DNA from: Malacoraja senta
Lineage: Eukaryota
Length of the DNA stretch: 47,815 nt
Direction of reading: 5' to 3'
NCBI GenBank assembly: GCA_038087875.1
Contig: JAXLNO010001955.1
Span: 124,001-171,815, forward strand
Both the position numbers and the translations under genes were made by a program. The notes beneath the pieces are model-generated. The model was not told the DNA's origin. It did no database searches and saw only the letters and a program-made list of their open reading frames with translations. Positions within the stretch are counted from its first letter, which is position 1; every line of letters begins with the position of its first letter. Shown here piece after piece: positions 46,776-47,815 of the stretch.

Positions 46776-46963
46776 GTGTACTGTCTTAACAGGGAGCGTG
46801 CGATCCCTTTTAAACCACGTGGTTGGTTGATGGTGACGAAAGAGGCAAAATGGGGCAGATGTGGACAGTAACTTGGTTGTTGTAGTGGACTGAAGAATAT
46901 TTTGTGGTGGGTGACTGTGCAAGTTTTACTGAAGATGAAAATAACCATCTTACTGTCTTGTAG

Positions 46964-47230
46964 TTTCCCCTGAGGTCACTCTCGCTGCCCGCCCTGATGA
47001 TCATTCAGTCCTGTACTGCACTGTGTTTGGATTTTACCCACCGGCCATCAATGTCAGCTGGTTGCAGAATGGTCAACATGTCTCTGAGACAAAATCTTCT
47101 GGGGTCACACCCAACAACGATGGAACATATCATCTAAGGTCTGTCCTTGAGTATGATCCGTATGATGGGAAACAGTATTCCTGTCATGTCGATCACAGCA
47201 GCCTGCCCGGTGGGAAGACCATCATCTGGG
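46964..47230 (+). CDS. MHC class I-like alpha3 (Ig C1-set) domain exon (267 bp, phase 1-1)
   Basis: CTGTCTTGTAG| ... TGGG|GTAAGA. (V)SPEVTLAARPDDHSVLYCTVFGFYPPAINVSWLQNGQHVSETKSSGVTPNNDGTYHLRSVLEYDPYDGKQYSCHVDHSSLPGGKTIIW. C1-set motifs C..FGFYP..I.VSW, P..DGTY, YSCHV.H. Confidence 0.95.
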
Positions 47231-47584
47231 GTAAGAACGTTAAATATTCTTTCATAGATAATCATTATCTTCTGTTGTTTCCATTTTAATCATCATGAAT
47301 ACATCCCATATTCCAAGATGCTTAAACTTTCTTTGTTTAGTGGTGTTGCTCTAAGTAATCACGTAATCAGCACCCACTCTCCACATGAGCAGAAGACTTT
47401 GTCAACAGAACATTTATTAAAAGTAAATAAATAACTAATATATAAGGAAGGAGTATTTGAGATTCTCAGTGGTGGAACTGAAATCTATGAAAGGTATGTT
47501 TAAATAAAAAATGAATCTTTCCTCATGATGTGATTAACAGCAAGGCACTGGGGGAGTACATGCCCCAATCCAAATCAATGGTCC

Positions 47585-47815
47585 GAAGTGGAAATGATTG
47601 AGAGCTTCATGTTCCTTGGCATGAATTTATCCAATATTCGGTCATGGACTGGCCACATAGCCAAGGAGGCACACCGACACCTCTACTTCCTCAGGAGACT
47701 GAGAATATTCATCATGTCTCTGGTGACTCTAGCAAACATCTATAGATGCTGCTAGAGAAAGCATGTTGTTGGGTTGCATCACATCTTGATTTGGGAACTG
47801 CACTGCCCAAGACTG
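47585..47815 (+). mobile_element. Rex1/Babar LINE fragment (runs off the window)
   Basis: VEMIESFMFLG...AKEAHRHLYFLRRLR, homologous to 15797-16297. Confidence 0.8.

Overview
Eukaryotic genomic DNA, very repeat-rich. The repeat content (CR1 LINEs, V-SINE/HE1-type SINEs, Penelope, Rex1) and the divergent MHC class I gene point to a cartilaginous fish, probably a skate or ray; this is an inference. Two host genes are visible. (1) On the + strand, an MHC class I-like gene: alpha1 exon 21610-21870, alpha2 exon 39937-40210 (frameshifted) and alpha3 exon 46964-47230, all with GT-AG phase-1 junctions. Its groove looks non-classical and hydrophobic. Leader and TM/cytoplasmic exons were not found. (2) On the - strand, one 272-bp PRDM9-like exon (4006-4277; zinc knuckle plus the N-terminal half of PR/SET), with TGA in place of a zinc-knuckle Cys. 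Most of the rest is nested transposon debris: many CR1 pieces, three L1 3' ends with clean TSDs, Rex1, RTE, Penelope, a DIRS recombinase fragment, a Helitron, a 4.6-kb Charlie-type hAT carrying a 59-bp minisatellite, a Harbinger MITE, an Academ-like remnant and a probable solo LTR. Other notable signals are about 20 copies of a short repeat with a minimal hammerhead-ribozyme motif (single, tandem, fold-back and TSD-flanked forms) and an 88-bp perfect local inverted copy ending in a snap-back hairpin. Repeat family names come from motif recognition, not database searches, and many repeat boundaries are approximate.
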